Below, piece after piece: positions 8,910 to 18,595 of a stretch of 25,865 nucleotides of DNA. A program made the position numbers and the translations under genes. This stretch comes from a virus (lineage: Duplodnaviria; Caudoviricetes). The stretch covers positions 1 through 25,865 of the IMG/VR virus record IMGVR_UViG_3300033516_000097; one strand, 5' to 3'. Numbering within the stretch: the stretch's first letter is position 1; every line of letters starts with the position of its first letter. The notes under the pieces were generated by a model. It was given only the letters and a program-made list of their open reading frames with translations, ran no database searches and was not told where the DNA came from.

Positions 8910-10277
8910 TTAATTATAACATTTTTTATATTTATCAATACTATTTTTAATTAATTCTTCAAATTGTTCTTTAGATAGTTCTTTAAGTTGTTTATAGTTG
9001 AACTCTAAATATCTATACTTAAACTGTATAGCGTTACTTCTAACCATATCATCTCTGTTCTTTTGAGATAAAAACCCATCTTCAGTTCTGTGAAAATATG
9101 GTATATATTCAAAGTGTTGTTTACCATGAAACTCTATCAGTATGTTGTAGTCTGGTAAGTAAAAGTCATAAGACAATCTATTAGCAACTTCTGGTATATT
9201 ATATTGCTGTATATGTTTTATATTATGATTTTCAAGTATAGCTTTTATAGCTAGCTCACCTTTGGAAGAACTACATATAGGACAACCATTCCCTCTTAAA
9301 TGGCTGTTAGGTTTTTGTTCAAATTCACCATGTACAGGGCATATAATAATGATTTTAGTATGATTATTAATATACTCAACTTTATTATAGTCATATTTGT
9401 TACCATGAATAGCTCTAGACTTAGCTATAAATTCCTCAGTTGTTAAAGCATAACTTTTCCCTCTTTTTTCTGAGGCACATTTAAAACAACCTTTTTCTTG
9501 TAAATGATGAACAGGAGATTGCAAAAATTCACCATGTACAGGACATATGATGATAACCTTAATCCAACTATTTATATATTTAACTTTATTATAATCATAC
9601 CTATCACCATGTATTGCTTTAGCTCTTATTAAAAATTCTTCTAAAGTTAATCTAGATTTATTATAAAAACATTCTCGACATCCAGATCCATCTAAATGTA
9701 CAAATGGTAATTGTTCAAACTCGCCGTGTATAGGACAGATAATAGTGACTTTGTCATGAGCACTTATATAAACAACTTTACTATAATCATATATATCACC
9801 ATGTATTTCCCTAGCTTTCTTTATCCATTCTTCTAATGTAAAGGTATATAATAAACTTTTTTCTTTATAACTACATTTAGGGCATATTTGGGGACGTAAG
9901 TGATGACTAGGTCTTTGTTCAAATTCACCGTGTATAGGGCATATGATAGTAACCTTAACTCTGTTATTAATATACACTACTTTACTATAATCGTATTTGT
10001 CACCATGAATAAGTCTAGCTTTAGCTATAAATTCTTCAGTGTTAGACTTACGATCAATACTTTGTTTATCATGATTACATTTAGGACAGCAACAACCTTT
10101 TAAGTGGTTATACGCTGCTTGTTCAAATTCACCGTGGATAGGGCATATAATAATAAGTTTAGAGTGCGAATGTACATATTCAGCTTTACTATAATCGTAC
10201 TTATTACCATGTATAAGTATTGCTCTTTTTATAAACTCTTCTTGAGAAATATTTTTTCTACCACATTTTTTGAACAA
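8910..10277 (-). CDS. Free-standing homing-endonuclease-like protein: 5 zinc-binding repeats plus Vsr/DUF559-like nuclease
   Basis: Five repeats of F-x-x-KA-x-x-HGxKYDYSK...CPIHGEFEQ-x4-HL-x-x-x-x-CxxC, then SKGE...YDFYLP...IEFHGKQH...RDD. TTG start after an AAAGGG RBS-like sequence. Confidence 0.8.
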   Translation of the reverse strand: MFKKCGRKNISQEEFIKRAILIHGNKYDYSKAEYVHSHSKLIIICPIHGEFEQAAYNHLKGCCCPKCNHDKQSIDRKSNTEEFIAKARLIHGDKYDYSKVVYINNRVKVTIICPIHGEFEQRPSHHLRPQICPKCSYKEKSLLYTFTLEEWIKKAREIHGDIYDYSKVVYISAHDKVTIICPIHGEFEQLPFVHLDGSGCRECFYNKSRLTLEEFLIRAKAIHGDRYDYNKVKYINSWIKVIIICPVHGEFLQSPVHHLQEKGCFKCASEKRGKSYALTTEEFIAKSRAIHGNKYDYNKVEYINNHTKIIIICPVHGEFEQKPNSHLRGNGCPICSSSKGELAIKAILENHNIKHIQQYNIPEVANRLSYDFYLPDYNILIEFHGKQHFEYIPYFHRTEDGFLSQKNRDDMVRSNAIQFKYRYLEFNYKQLKELSKEQFEELIKNSIDKYKKCYN

Positions 10278-10301
10278 TTTAACCCTTTCGAGATAATGAC
10301 T

Positions 10302-11738
10302 ATGACAAAACTATTTGCACTTGAAGAAGAAACAGATAATCTAGATAATTCCACAGTATTACTCATCGATAAGGTGTTAAACGATAGTAAGAAAGCCAAG
10401 ACTCCTTTGTCTTTAACAGCTGATTTAATTAAACAACGTAGCGAACTTAAATCAGAGATTACTACACAGCTTAAAGACTCTGGTGAAGAAGATGATTCTA
10501 ATAAACCTGATGACGAGGAAAAACCTAAAGAAGAAGAGAAAGAACCCTCTGACGATAAAGAGTCTGAAACTAAAGATGACAAACCTTCTGATAAAGAAGA
10601 AGATGAGTCTGATGATAAATCAGAAAAAGATTCTAAAGACGACAAAGATGAACTCTCTGAAGCTTCTGCTGACAAAGACTCTCTTAACGGTTTAATTGGT
10701 TCAGGACTAAAAGACTCTCCTAAAAAAGAAGAATCATCTCCTAAAGAAACTAAAGACGAGCCTGCTACTGAGTCACTCTCATACACCAAGTCTTTGAGTA
10801 ATATCTTTAGACCTATTCATGACCAATATAGTAAATACTTAGTTAGTCTTGAAGCTTACAATGTAGGCGATAAACTAGAGATTCAACAACAGCCTATTGT
10901 CTATGTCAAAGAAGCTGTTTTAGAATCTCTTAATAATTTAATTCAAACAGCTGATAAGTATATTGCTCACAACGAATCTTATATCAGTAGTGTATCCTCT
11001 TCTGTTAAAAAACTCAACGAAACCATCACAGTTTATAAACATTTTGTAGAAGCTAAAAAATTCCATTTCACTAATAAGTTAGTAGATAGTAAAGACATTC
11101 TCTCTAATCTATCTATTCCTGGTAACTCTGATCTTAGAACAACTGTCAAGTTACTCCTTGACTATATTGAGTCTTCTAGTAAAGTCATTAACTTAACACT
11201 AAGTAATGATTTTGAAAAGTTACAAGATGCTTACACTGCCTCTAAGTTTATCTTAGAGGGTGATGATTACACTTATACAAAAGTACTACCTGGCTTTAAC
11301 TTGATTAAAGTACATCTAGAGAACTATACTAATTACTTAAAAACCAATGCACAGAACTATCAGTATTATAAACTAAAGGTTTTAAAGACTGAAGACTTGT
11401 ATAACTTAAGCTCTATAGAGATCTCTAAAGACAATGATTTAGAGTTTGTTCTAGAGAATGCTGATAAGCTCTTTATCAATGTTGGACTGTATATTGATAA
11501 CTTGACGACTGTTACTGAGAACTTTAGAAAGTTTATTGATGAGATTAAAGTCATTATCTATAACGTAGAGAAAAACACTAACCAAGATTTGACTAAGATT
11601 GGTATAGATGATAAGCTAAAAGACTTTATTAAGTTCAAGCTTGTGATTGAGACATGCTATATTAACACAGATATAGTAATAGATTATGTGAGTAGCATTT
11701 TAAGTGTGCTCAATTTGTGCGTGGAATTAAAGCAGTAG
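10302..11738 (+). CDS. Inner head protein with long acidic propeptide (phiKZ gp92-like); start corrected from 10104
   Basis: MTKLFALEE start matches paralogous starts (alternative ATG at 10296). D/E/K-rich low-complexity region followed by ATE and SLE candidate cleavage sites. The upstream extension in the ORF track is antisense to the endonuclease. Confidence 0.7.
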   Translation: MTKLFALEEETDNLDNSTVLLIDKVLNDSKKAKTPLSLTADLIKQRSELKSEITTQLKDSGEEDDSNKPDDEEKPKEEEKEPSDDKESETKDDKPSDKEEDESDDKSEKDSKDDKDELSEASADKDSLNGLIGSGLKDSPKKEESSPKETKDEPATESLSYTKSLSNIFRPIHDQYSKYLVSLEAYNVGDKLEIQQQPIVYVKEAVLESLNNLIQTADKYIAHNESYISSVSSSVKKLNETITVYKHFVEAKKFHFTNKLVDSKDILSNLSIPGNSDLRTTVKLLLDYIESSSKVINLTLSNDFEKLQDAYTASKFILEGDDYTYTKVLPGFNLIKVHLENYTNYLKTNAQNYQYYKLKVLKTEDLYNLSSIEISKDNDLEFVLENADKLFINVGLYIDNLTTVTENFRKFIDEIKVIIYNVEKNTNQDLTKIGIDDKLKDFIKFKLVIETCYINTDIVIDYVSSILSVLNLCVELKQ

Positions 11739-11820
11739 AAATATTGCTAAGTGGTAAATAGTGTGATTTCGAGAGAGATCATACGTATGGTGTTTAACTT
11801 TTTTTTCTTGGAGTATTAAG

Positions 11821-13077
11821 ATGGCAAAACTATTTGCATTGGAAGAGATGGACGAATCTGGCGTTGAAATTGAACTAGAAACAACTCCTGAAGTTGGTGA
11901 AGTTGCTGACGTTCAAGTTGATATGGCTGAAGACATGGGTGGTGTTGAAGACCAATCAGAAGCTATCACTGAAGGTGTTGAGGCTGCTGACCAACTCGGT
12001 GAAGTCGAAGATGTAGTGGCTGCTGCTGCTGAAGGCGAAGGTCTTGATCCAGTAGCTGCTGAAGCTATCCGTATCGCTGTGGAAGCTATCTGCTCACGCA
12101 TCGGTGCTAATCCTAAGGCTATCTATAGCCTATACGCTACTGAGAATTTCCAATCAGCTTCTTCACGCAAGGCTAATTCCAAGATTGCTCTAGAAGGTGT
12201 TGGCGAATTCCTGAAAGATCTGTGGAAGAAGATTAAAGCTGCTCTGACTAATCTTTGGACTAAAGTCAAAGCTTTCTGGGACAAGCATTTTTCTTCACTA
12301 GGTCGTGCTAAGAATGCTCTTGAATCTGCAAAAGCTAAAATCGCTAAGTCTTCTGGTAAAATGACTAAACAGGGTTACATGGAAAAGGCTCCTAGCAGCC
12401 TAGCCTCTGCTTTCCCAGTTAAGGGTGATTTACTTCCTGGTACAGTTACTAAGTACATTGATGCTCACAATACTGCTGCTGGTACAGCTTCAGAAGTTAT
12501 TGATTCAGCTACTAAAGCTGCTGAAGCTGTTGCAACTTCAGCTAATAAAAAATCAGCTAAAGCAGATACTGCTACTGAAAATGCTGATCTCTCCGCTCAA
12601 CTTAGTAAATTTGCAGTTGATAAAGCACTAGGTTCAGAAGCTGCTCCTTTAGTTGGTGGTGTTTACATTAATTATTCACTCAAAGTTGAAGAAGGTGAAA
12701 TCAAGTTTGAAGCTGAACGTAATGTAGTTGAAAATCTTGAAGTTAGTGGTATGAAAGTTGCCACCAAACCTGAAGTTTCTGCTATGGTTAATTCAGTTCT
12801 TGGTCTCATTAACGGTGATATCAAAGCTAAATCTGATGCAGAGAAAACTGAAGCTTCATTCAAAAAGACCATGTCTGAGATTGAGAAAGCTGTTAACGCT
12901 AGCGTAACTGATTCAGCTACATCTGAAACTGCTAAAGGTCTTCGTAAAGATATCAAAAACGTGTACAAGTTATCTACTAAGACTGCAACTATTTCAGCTA
13001 CTCGGGTCTCTATGGATCTTAAACTAGTTGGTGGTGTTCTTGGTGTTGTTGGTGTATCACTTAAACATTTTGAATAA
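11821..13077 (+). CDS. phiKZ-like internal head protein (phiKZ_IP / gp93-family paralog)
   Basis: 418 aa; very acidic N-terminus ending ATE...ALE/GVGEFLKDLWKKIK, the family-type cleavage site plus amphipathic helix. Strong GCT/GAA/GGT codon bias suggests high expression. Confidence 0.8.
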   Translation: MAKLFALEEMDESGVEIELETTPEVGEVADVQVDMAEDMGGVEDQSEAITEGVEAADQLGEVEDVVAAAAEGEGLDPVAAEAIRIAVEAICSRIGANPKAIYSLYATENFQSASSRKANSKIALEGVGEFLKDLWKKIKAALTNLWTKVKAFWDKHFSSLGRAKNALESAKAKIAKSSGKMTKQGYMEKAPSSLASAFPVKGDLLPGTVTKYIDAHNTAAGTASEVIDSATKAAEAVATSANKKSAKADTATENADLSAQLSKFAVDKALGSEAAPLVGGVYINYSLKVEEGEIKFEAERNVVENLEVSGMKVATKPEVSAMVNSVLGLINGDIKAKSDAEKTEASFKKTMSEIEKAVNASVTDSATSETAKGLRKDIKNVYKLSTKTATISATRVSMDLKLVGGVLGVVGVSLKHFE

Positions 13078-13105
13078 TCTTACCTCACGGTAATTTACCT
13101 TAAGT

Positions 13106-13143
13106 AACAACCAAGAAGAGAATTAACTCTTCTTGGTTGTTTT
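13106..13143 (+). terminator. Intrinsic terminator
   Basis: 15-bp inverted repeat AACAACCAAGAAGAG (13106-13120) / CTCTTCTTGGTTGTT (13127-13141), T-rich tail. Confidence 0.75.
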
Positions 13144-13190
13144 ACTATTTTGTTGCAATTTTTTGAATATTTAAACCAAAGGTTACTGAA

Positions 13191-14633
13191 ATGAAATTAT
13201 ACTCTGAAAATAGACCTATACCTATTAGTTCACCTAAACCAGTCATAGCAATAGAAGACTTATCCATTGATAAAGAATGCTTAGCTTTAAATGAACATGT
13301 TAAAGCCTATAGAAGTCTAAACACTGTTCAAGAACAAGTATCCCTTGAATCATATAGCTTTATTGATAAACATAATTATGTTCTCTATAATGAATATATT
13401 AAAAGTATCACTAGTAACTTAGGTATTGCTCAGTTACCTATTATATCACAGGAAAATATACAAGAACTATCCACTGTTGTATTAAATCACCATATCTCTT
13501 TAGAAGGGTTTATTGCCACTATCTGGGAGAAGATCAAGAAGATCTTTAAAGGTATCTATGAGAAGATCAAAGGTTTCTTTGTTCGTTTTTTTACTAGACT
13601 TGGTAGACTCAAAGGAAAGCTAAAAAATCTAGATGAAGCACTATCTGGCACTAATAAAGATATTCAGAAAGTCAATTTAGATAAAGTGCCATCTGGTCTT
13701 GCTACTAAATATCCTTTAGCTGATAATCTGACTGGCTCAGATATCATCGAGGTCTTTAACAATGTAAATTCTCTTCAAGAACAAACAAAAGTAATAACAT
13801 CTAAAGCTAAAGAGTTTGCTGCTAAAGATGTATTAGATAAAAACTTTATCGAAGAAATTAAGAAACTTAAAGACTCAGCTAAAGCAGCTGGTGCTCAGAT
13901 AGATGGTAACAACCAGAATAAGAAATCTGGTATTGTGTTTAAAGAAGCTAAGTTTGGTGAAGATGGTAAAGCTAACAAAGAACTTGATAAGGAAAACAAA
14001 TCTTTAGCTCAAGTAGCTAAAGATTCTGAAGAAGAAGCTGACACCAAGACAGGAGAAGTAGATGCTGTTGTTGGTAAAAATACTGATGCTTTATCTAGTA
14101 ATGAAGATGTTCAGTTTCAAGCTGTACAAAAAGAACTAATTGATTTTAGTAAAACTGTCTCTGATGTATTAAATAAAGTCAAAGGTAAAAACCTTGTTGG
14201 TGGTATTGTATACACTAGCATCACAGTTGAGCAAGATGGTAATCTTAAAATTGAAGATGAAAAAAAGGATGTAAAACCATCTAGTATCTCTTTAACTGAA
14301 AGAGCTGTTTTAAGCAAACTTGTCAAAGATACTATCAAAGTTGTAGAGAATGCTGAAAAAGATCTTAATGTATATGGTACTGTCAATGACTCTATCATGA
14401 AGAATACAGAGATTGTAGATAAGCTTATTGCTGATCTAGATAAGATGGGTGATGATCCTTCTTTTAGTAAATACAAAACAGTGTTGTCTAATAAAGTTAA
14501 AGTGCGCTTAGGTTTACTTAAGACTTTCTTTAGTGAATATAACAAGGTTGGTAATACTATGTTTGGTATGGTGTTGGATACTGCTGATGGAAATGTCGCA
14601 TATGCCACGCTGTGCTTAAAATTCTTCAATTGA
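13191..14633 (+). CDS. phiKZ-like internal head protein paralog
   Basis: 480 aa; AIE, SLE and SQE sites, then SLE/GFIATIWEKIKKIF. Shares LVGG motif and C-terminal LKxF with the 418-aa paralog. Confidence 0.75.
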   Translation: MKLYSENRPIPISSPKPVIAIEDLSIDKECLALNEHVKAYRSLNTVQEQVSLESYSFIDKHNYVLYNEYIKSITSNLGIAQLPIISQENIQELSTVVLNHHISLEGFIATIWEKIKKIFKGIYEKIKGFFVRFFTRLGRLKGKLKNLDEALSGTNKDIQKVNLDKVPSGLATKYPLADNLTGSDIIEVFNNVNSLQEQTKVITSKAKEFAAKDVLDKNFIEEIKKLKDSAKAAGAQIDGNNQNKKSGIVFKEAKFGEDGKANKELDKENKSLAQVAKDSEEEADTKTGEVDAVVGKNTDALSSNEDVQFQAVQKELIDFSKTVSDVLNKVKGKNLVGGIVYTSITVEQDGNLKIEDEKKDVKPSSISLTERAVLSKLVKDTIKVVENAEKDLNVYGTVNDSIMKNTEIVDKLIADLDKMGDDPSFSKYKTVLSNKVKVRLGLLKTFFSEYNKVGNTMFGMVLDTADGNVAYATLCLKFFN

Positions 14634-15577
14634 CATAATTTAGTTGCTATGTTAACCAATGAAAAATTCATAGAAAGAGCTATAAAAGTCCATGGTAATA
14701 AATATGATTATTCTAAGGTAGATTATACTGGTAACGCTAATAAAGTTATTATTATATGTAAAGTCCACGGTGAATTCTATCAAAAACCAAATCATCATTG
14801 GGATGGTAATGGGTGTCCTGAATGTATGGGTCTTAAACGTTATAGTAACCAAGAATTTATAATTAAAGCTAAAGCTATTCACAATAATTTTTATGATTAT
14901 TCAAAAACAAGATATATAAATAGTTACACACCAGTGACAGTTATTTGTCCTAATCATGGTGAATTTTACCCCCAGCCAGCTACACATCTTTTAAAACGTG
15001 GGTGTATGAAATGTTTTTATGATAGAATAGCTAACACCACTGATAAGTTCATAAAAAAGGCTAGAGAAGTTCATGGTGATAAATACAACTATAGTAAAGT
15101 AGTGTATATTAATAGGACCACTAAAGTAGTTATCATATGTCCCATTCATGGTGAGTTTAAACAATCACCACGTGACCATATACAAGGCACTGGTTGTCCA
15201 ATATGTAGTTCATCTAAAGGTGAGTTAGCCATCAAAGCTATATTGGATAAACGCAGTATAAAGTATATACAACAGTACAAAATACCTGAAGTTGCTAATA
15301 GATTTTCTTATGATTTTTATTTACCTGAGTACAACTTACTTATAGAGTTTCATGGCGGTCAACACTACAAATATATACCATTTTTTCACAGAAACGGTGA
15401 AGATGACTTTTTAAAGCAAAAGAACAGAGATGATATGGTAAGAAGTAACGCTAGGCAATTTAAGTATAGATATTTAGAGTTCAACTACAAACAGTTAAAG
15501 GTTGGTATTTTGGAGAAAATAATAACAGATAAACTTAAAATTGTATGAATTTGTTGTGCTTAAAGTACTTTGGTTAA
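14611..15577 (+). mobile_element. Endonuclease element E2 flanked by a duplicated host-gene 3' end
   Basis: TGTGCTTAAA at 14611-14620 and 15555-15564. Left copy reads LCLKFFN*; right copy (15554-15577) reads LCLKYFG*. Confidence 0.65.
14649..15548 (+). CDS. Homing-endonuclease-like protein: 3 zinc-binding repeats plus Vsr/DUF559-like nuclease
   Basis: Three HGxKYDYSK...CxxHGEF...CxxC repeats; C-domain SKGELAIKAIL...YDFYLP...IEFHGGQH is nearly identical to the other three copies. Confidence 0.8.
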   Translation: MLTNEKFIERAIKVHGNKYDYSKVDYTGNANKVIIICKVHGEFYQKPNHHWDGNGCPECMGLKRYSNQEFIIKAKAIHNNFYDYSKTRYINSYTPVTVICPNHGEFYPQPATHLLKRGCMKCFYDRIANTTDKFIKKAREVHGDKYNYSKVVYINRTTKVVIICPIHGEFKQSPRDHIQGTGCPICSSSKGELAIKAILDKRSIKYIQQYKIPEVANRFSYDFYLPEYNLLIEFHGGQHYKYIPFFHRNGEDDFLKQKNRDDMVRSNARQFKYRYLEFNYKQLKVGILEKIITDKLKIV

Positions 15578-15589
15578 TAGGAGATTAAT

Positions 15590-17170
15590 ATGTCTAAGCT
15601 TTTTTCTTTTGAAGACGATACGGCTGATTATGGTTATGCGAGAGTAGAAGCTACTCCTGAGAGTCAACTCGAAGAAGACTCTAACGATATAGCTGAACTT
15701 GTTAACGAGTATAGTAATGACTTGTCAATGGTCACAGAAGGCTTTAAAACAGCTTCTGGTGAGTTAAAATTAGTGACTGATATGAAGTGTAGTCTTGAGA
15801 GTAAAAAGCTCTCTAGCGTCGATTATTTCACATCTGTAGAAAACTATAGTTTAACGATGAGACACATAGCTGATAACCTTGGTGTGAAGCTTAGAGTACC
15901 TTCGTTGGAAGACTTTAAGAACCCTCATGGAAGTAAAGCTTCACACGCTATTGCTATTGAAGGTTTCTATGAATTTATTAAGAAGATCTGGGAAAAGATC
16001 AAAGACTTCTTTGGTAGTTTCTTTAAGAAGATAGCTTTGTTCTTTAAACGACTCGTTAATGCTGATCTTGACTTAAAGACCTATGAAGAGTATGTCGATG
16101 ACATGGTACATTCACTAAGAAAGAAAGACGCCACTCTTAAAGACAACACTAAACTTGAGTCTAAATTACCAGCGCTTCTTGCCGATGAAGGTATGAATAG
16201 TATTGATAACAACTATGTAATGAGTTTAGGTCTTAAGAAGATTAACACTCTTAGTGATGTTAGTGATAACTTGTTTAAAAATTTACCTATACTCACTAAG
16301 AAAGTAAGAGACGCAATCTCTGAAATAAAAAAGGCAGATGGTGTGATAGTCAGGAAAACTTTAAATGAAGTTAAAACTTCTTTAGAGAGTTCATTTACAG
16401 ATTTGTTTAAATACAGGTTTGAACTAAACGAGTTACCAGACCTTACATACGACCGTGTAGTTAGTTCATTTTCAGAAGAGCTTAGTGATAAATCTAAAGA
16501 AATGCTTTTACAGTCTTATACAAACCCAAGAGATAAATATGAAGTTTTACCTAAAAACTTTAACATGTACTTAGTGTTGTCTCGTTCTAGTAAACTGATA
16601 CTGTTTGCTTCTAGTCAAAGAAACACTTATACACAAAATACGTTAGAGCCAGTTTCTAATCTTAATAACATGCTAATGTTGTTTGATGAATATAAGAAGT
16701 TTTCTAAAAAAACTGATATAAGTAAATTTGGTTCTATTATATCTAAATCACAAAAAGATATCGATGAATGTATCGATATTGCTTCAAAAAGCTTTAAAGA
16801 TGTTTTAGAAAGTGTAAGTAAAGGCGTAGCAACTGAAGCGGATAATTCCTTACCAGGCGAAGAAGATCCTGGATACAATATAAGAAATTCATTTCAAACT
16901 GGAAGTACTCCTTTTAATCGTTTTACTGAGATACCAGATCTTCCATTGTACGAAGAGCCTTCTAACGGATCACAGTCAAATGAACCAGATAAACCTGTAG
17001 TTAACGAAAAGTTGAAAAAAGAAGTAGAGGACACACAACGTTATATCCTTAACGTTATGTACAGTCTACAAGTCTTGCTTAGAGAACTCTCCACTAACCT
17101 TGCTGGTACTATCGTAGAAACTCGTTTTGAGCTTATTAAGTACCTTTATAACTCATGTCGCAGATTTTAG
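15590..17170 (+). CDS. phiKZ-like internal head protein paralog
   Basis: 526 aa; MSKLFSFED start, acidic propeptide with SLE/SVE sites, then AIE/GFYEFIKKIWEKIK. AGGAGA RBS. Confidence 0.75.
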   Translation: MSKLFSFEDDTADYGYARVEATPESQLEEDSNDIAELVNEYSNDLSMVTEGFKTASGELKLVTDMKCSLESKKLSSVDYFTSVENYSLTMRHIADNLGVKLRVPSLEDFKNPHGSKASHAIAIEGFYEFIKKIWEKIKDFFGSFFKKIALFFKRLVNADLDLKTYEEYVDDMVHSLRKKDATLKDNTKLESKLPALLADEGMNSIDNNYVMSLGLKKINTLSDVSDNLFKNLPILTKKVRDAISEIKKADGVIVRKTLNEVKTSLESSFTDLFKYRFELNELPDLTYDRVVSSFSEELSDKSKEMLLQSYTNPRDKYEVLPKNFNMYLVLSRSSKLILFASSQRNTYTQNTLEPVSNLNNMLMLFDEYKKFSKKTDISKFGSIISKSQKDIDECIDIASKSFKDVLESVSKGVATEADNSLPGEEDPGYNIRNSFQTGSTPFNRFTEIPDLPLYEEPSNGSQSNEPDKPVVNEKLKKEVEDTQRYILNVMYSLQVLLRELSTNLAGTIVETRFELIKYLYNSCRRF

Positions 17171-18584
17171 TCCAGTAATTGTTTGATTTATCAAACTTTT
17201 ATCATTATATGCCTAAAAAATCAAGTAAAGAAGAATTCATAGCTAGAGCTAAAAAAATACACAATGATAGATACGACTACAGTAAAGTGGTATATGTAGG
17301 TACTCATATTAAAATAATCATTATATGTCCTATACATGGTGAGTTTGAACAAAGACCATCAGCTCACTTACAAGGATGTGGTTGTTGTAAATGTGGTTTT
17401 ATAAACATGGCAAGTTTTAATAGACTTACATTAGAAGAGTTTATTAAAAGATCAATAATAGTACACGGTTATAAATATGACTATTCTCAATCTGTTTATA
17501 TAAAAGCTAATAAAAAAATAAAAATTATATGCCCTGTACATGGTAGTTTTTATCAAGTTGCTATAGATCACATTGGTGGACATGGATGTTCTAAGTGTGG
17601 TTCTATATCAACTGGTAATTTAATTAAAAGTAATATTAAAGAATTCATAGAAAAAGCTAAAGAGGTTCATGGTGATAAATATGACTATAGTGAAGTAGTG
17701 TATGTAAATAGCTATGATAAAGTTATAATTACTTGTAAAGAACATGGTGATTTTAATCAAAGTCCTAATAACCATTTAGGTGGTGCAGGTTGTCCAATAT
17801 GTAAAGGAATAGCGTGTAGTAAATTATTACTATCAAATAAAGAAGAATTTATCAATAAAGCTAGACTTATACATGGCAATAAGTACGACTACCGTAAAGT
17901 AGTTTATATAAACAGTTGGACTAAAGTCGTCATAATCTGCCCTATACACGGTGAGTTTGAACAAAAACCTTTGTCTCATTTAAATAGACATTGTTGTATT
18001 AAGTGTGGAATAGATAATAATATAATTAAACGATCTTCAACCACAGAAGAATTCATAACTAAAGCTCGACTTATTCATGGTGATAAATACGACTATAATA
18101 AAGTCGGGTATAAAAATAATAAATCTAGAATTATTATAATATGCCCTATACATGGAGAGTTTGAACAAGCAGCTAATGCTCATTTAAGTAATCAAGGTTG
18201 TCCTTTATGTAAATCATCTAAAGGTGAACTAGCTATAAAAGCTATACTAGATAAACATAACATACAACATGTTCAAGAGTATCGTTTACCAGAAGTTGTT
18301 AATAGGTTGTTATATGATTTTTACTTACCAGACTATAAGTTGCTTATAGAGTTTCATGGTAGACAACACTATGAATATATTCCATTCTTTCATCGTAATG
18401 GTAAAGATGACCTACTTAAGCAAAAGAATCGTGATGATTTGGTCCGACACAATGCTAGGTATTTTAAATACAGGTACATAGAGTTTAACTATAAACAACT
18501 TAAACATATGACTAAAGAAGAGTTTGAGAATTTATTTTTACGAAAAATAAATACCTTTATAACTCATGTCGCAGATATAGCTAA
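17141..18584 (+). mobile_element. Endonuclease element E3 flanked by a 25-bp exact direct repeat
   Basis: TACCTTTATAACTCATGTCGCAGAT at 17141-17165 and 18552-18576. Left copy reads YLYNSCRRF*; right copy reads YLYNSCRRYS* and is followed by a terminator. Confidence 0.8.
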
Positions 18585-18591
18585 GCGTTAA
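17179..18591 (+). CDS. Homing-endonuclease-like protein: 5 zinc-binding repeats plus Vsr/DUF559-like nuclease
   Basis: Five repeats plus IEFHGRQH nuclease domain. The true start may be the ATG at 17209 (MPKKSSKEEF). Confidence 0.8.
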   Translation: MFDLSNFYHYMPKKSSKEEFIARAKKIHNDRYDYSKVVYVGTHIKIIIICPIHGEFEQRPSAHLQGCGCCKCGFINMASFNRLTLEEFIKRSIIVHGYKYDYSQSVYIKANKKIKIICPVHGSFYQVAIDHIGGHGCSKCGSISTGNLIKSNIKEFIEKAKEVHGDKYDYSEVVYVNSYDKVIITCKEHGDFNQSPNNHLGGAGCPICKGIACSKLLLSNKEEFINKARLIHGNKYDYRKVVYINSWTKVVIICPIHGEFEQKPLSHLNRHCCIKCGIDNNIIKRSSTTEEFITKARLIHGDKYDYNKVGYKNNKSRIIIICPIHGEFEQAANAHLSNQGCPLCKSSKGELAIKAILDKHNIQHVQEYRLPEVVNRLLYDFYLPDYKLLIEFHGRQHYEYIPFFHRNGKDDLLKQKNRDDLVRHNARYFKYRYIEFNYKQLKHMTKEEFENLFLRKINTFITHVADIAKR

Positions 18592-18595
18592 CACA

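Larger units (their letters stand above)
8811..10331 (-). mobile_element. Endonuclease element E1 flanked by a 26-bp exact (30-bp near-exact) direct repeat
   Basis: CAAAACTATTTGCACTTGAAGAAGAA at 8815-8840 and 10306-10331 brackets an antisense endonuclease ORF and two hairpins. Confidence 0.75.

Noticed and set aside
10104-10295. N-terminal 64 codons of the 544-aa ORF in the track
   Set aside because: Antisense overlap with the E1 nuclease. The paralog-like start MTKLFALEE and the duplication point to 10302 (or 10296).
10480-10770. D/E/K-rich quasi-repeats as a tandem DNA repeat
   Set aside because: Low-complexity propeptide coding sequence with no fixed-period nucleotide unit.
8841-18551. 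Nuclease inserts as group I introns or inteins
   Set aside because: Host ORFs are complete without splicing, non-coding flanks are too short for a ribozyme core, E1 is antisense, and the nucleases are not in-frame fusions with intein termini.
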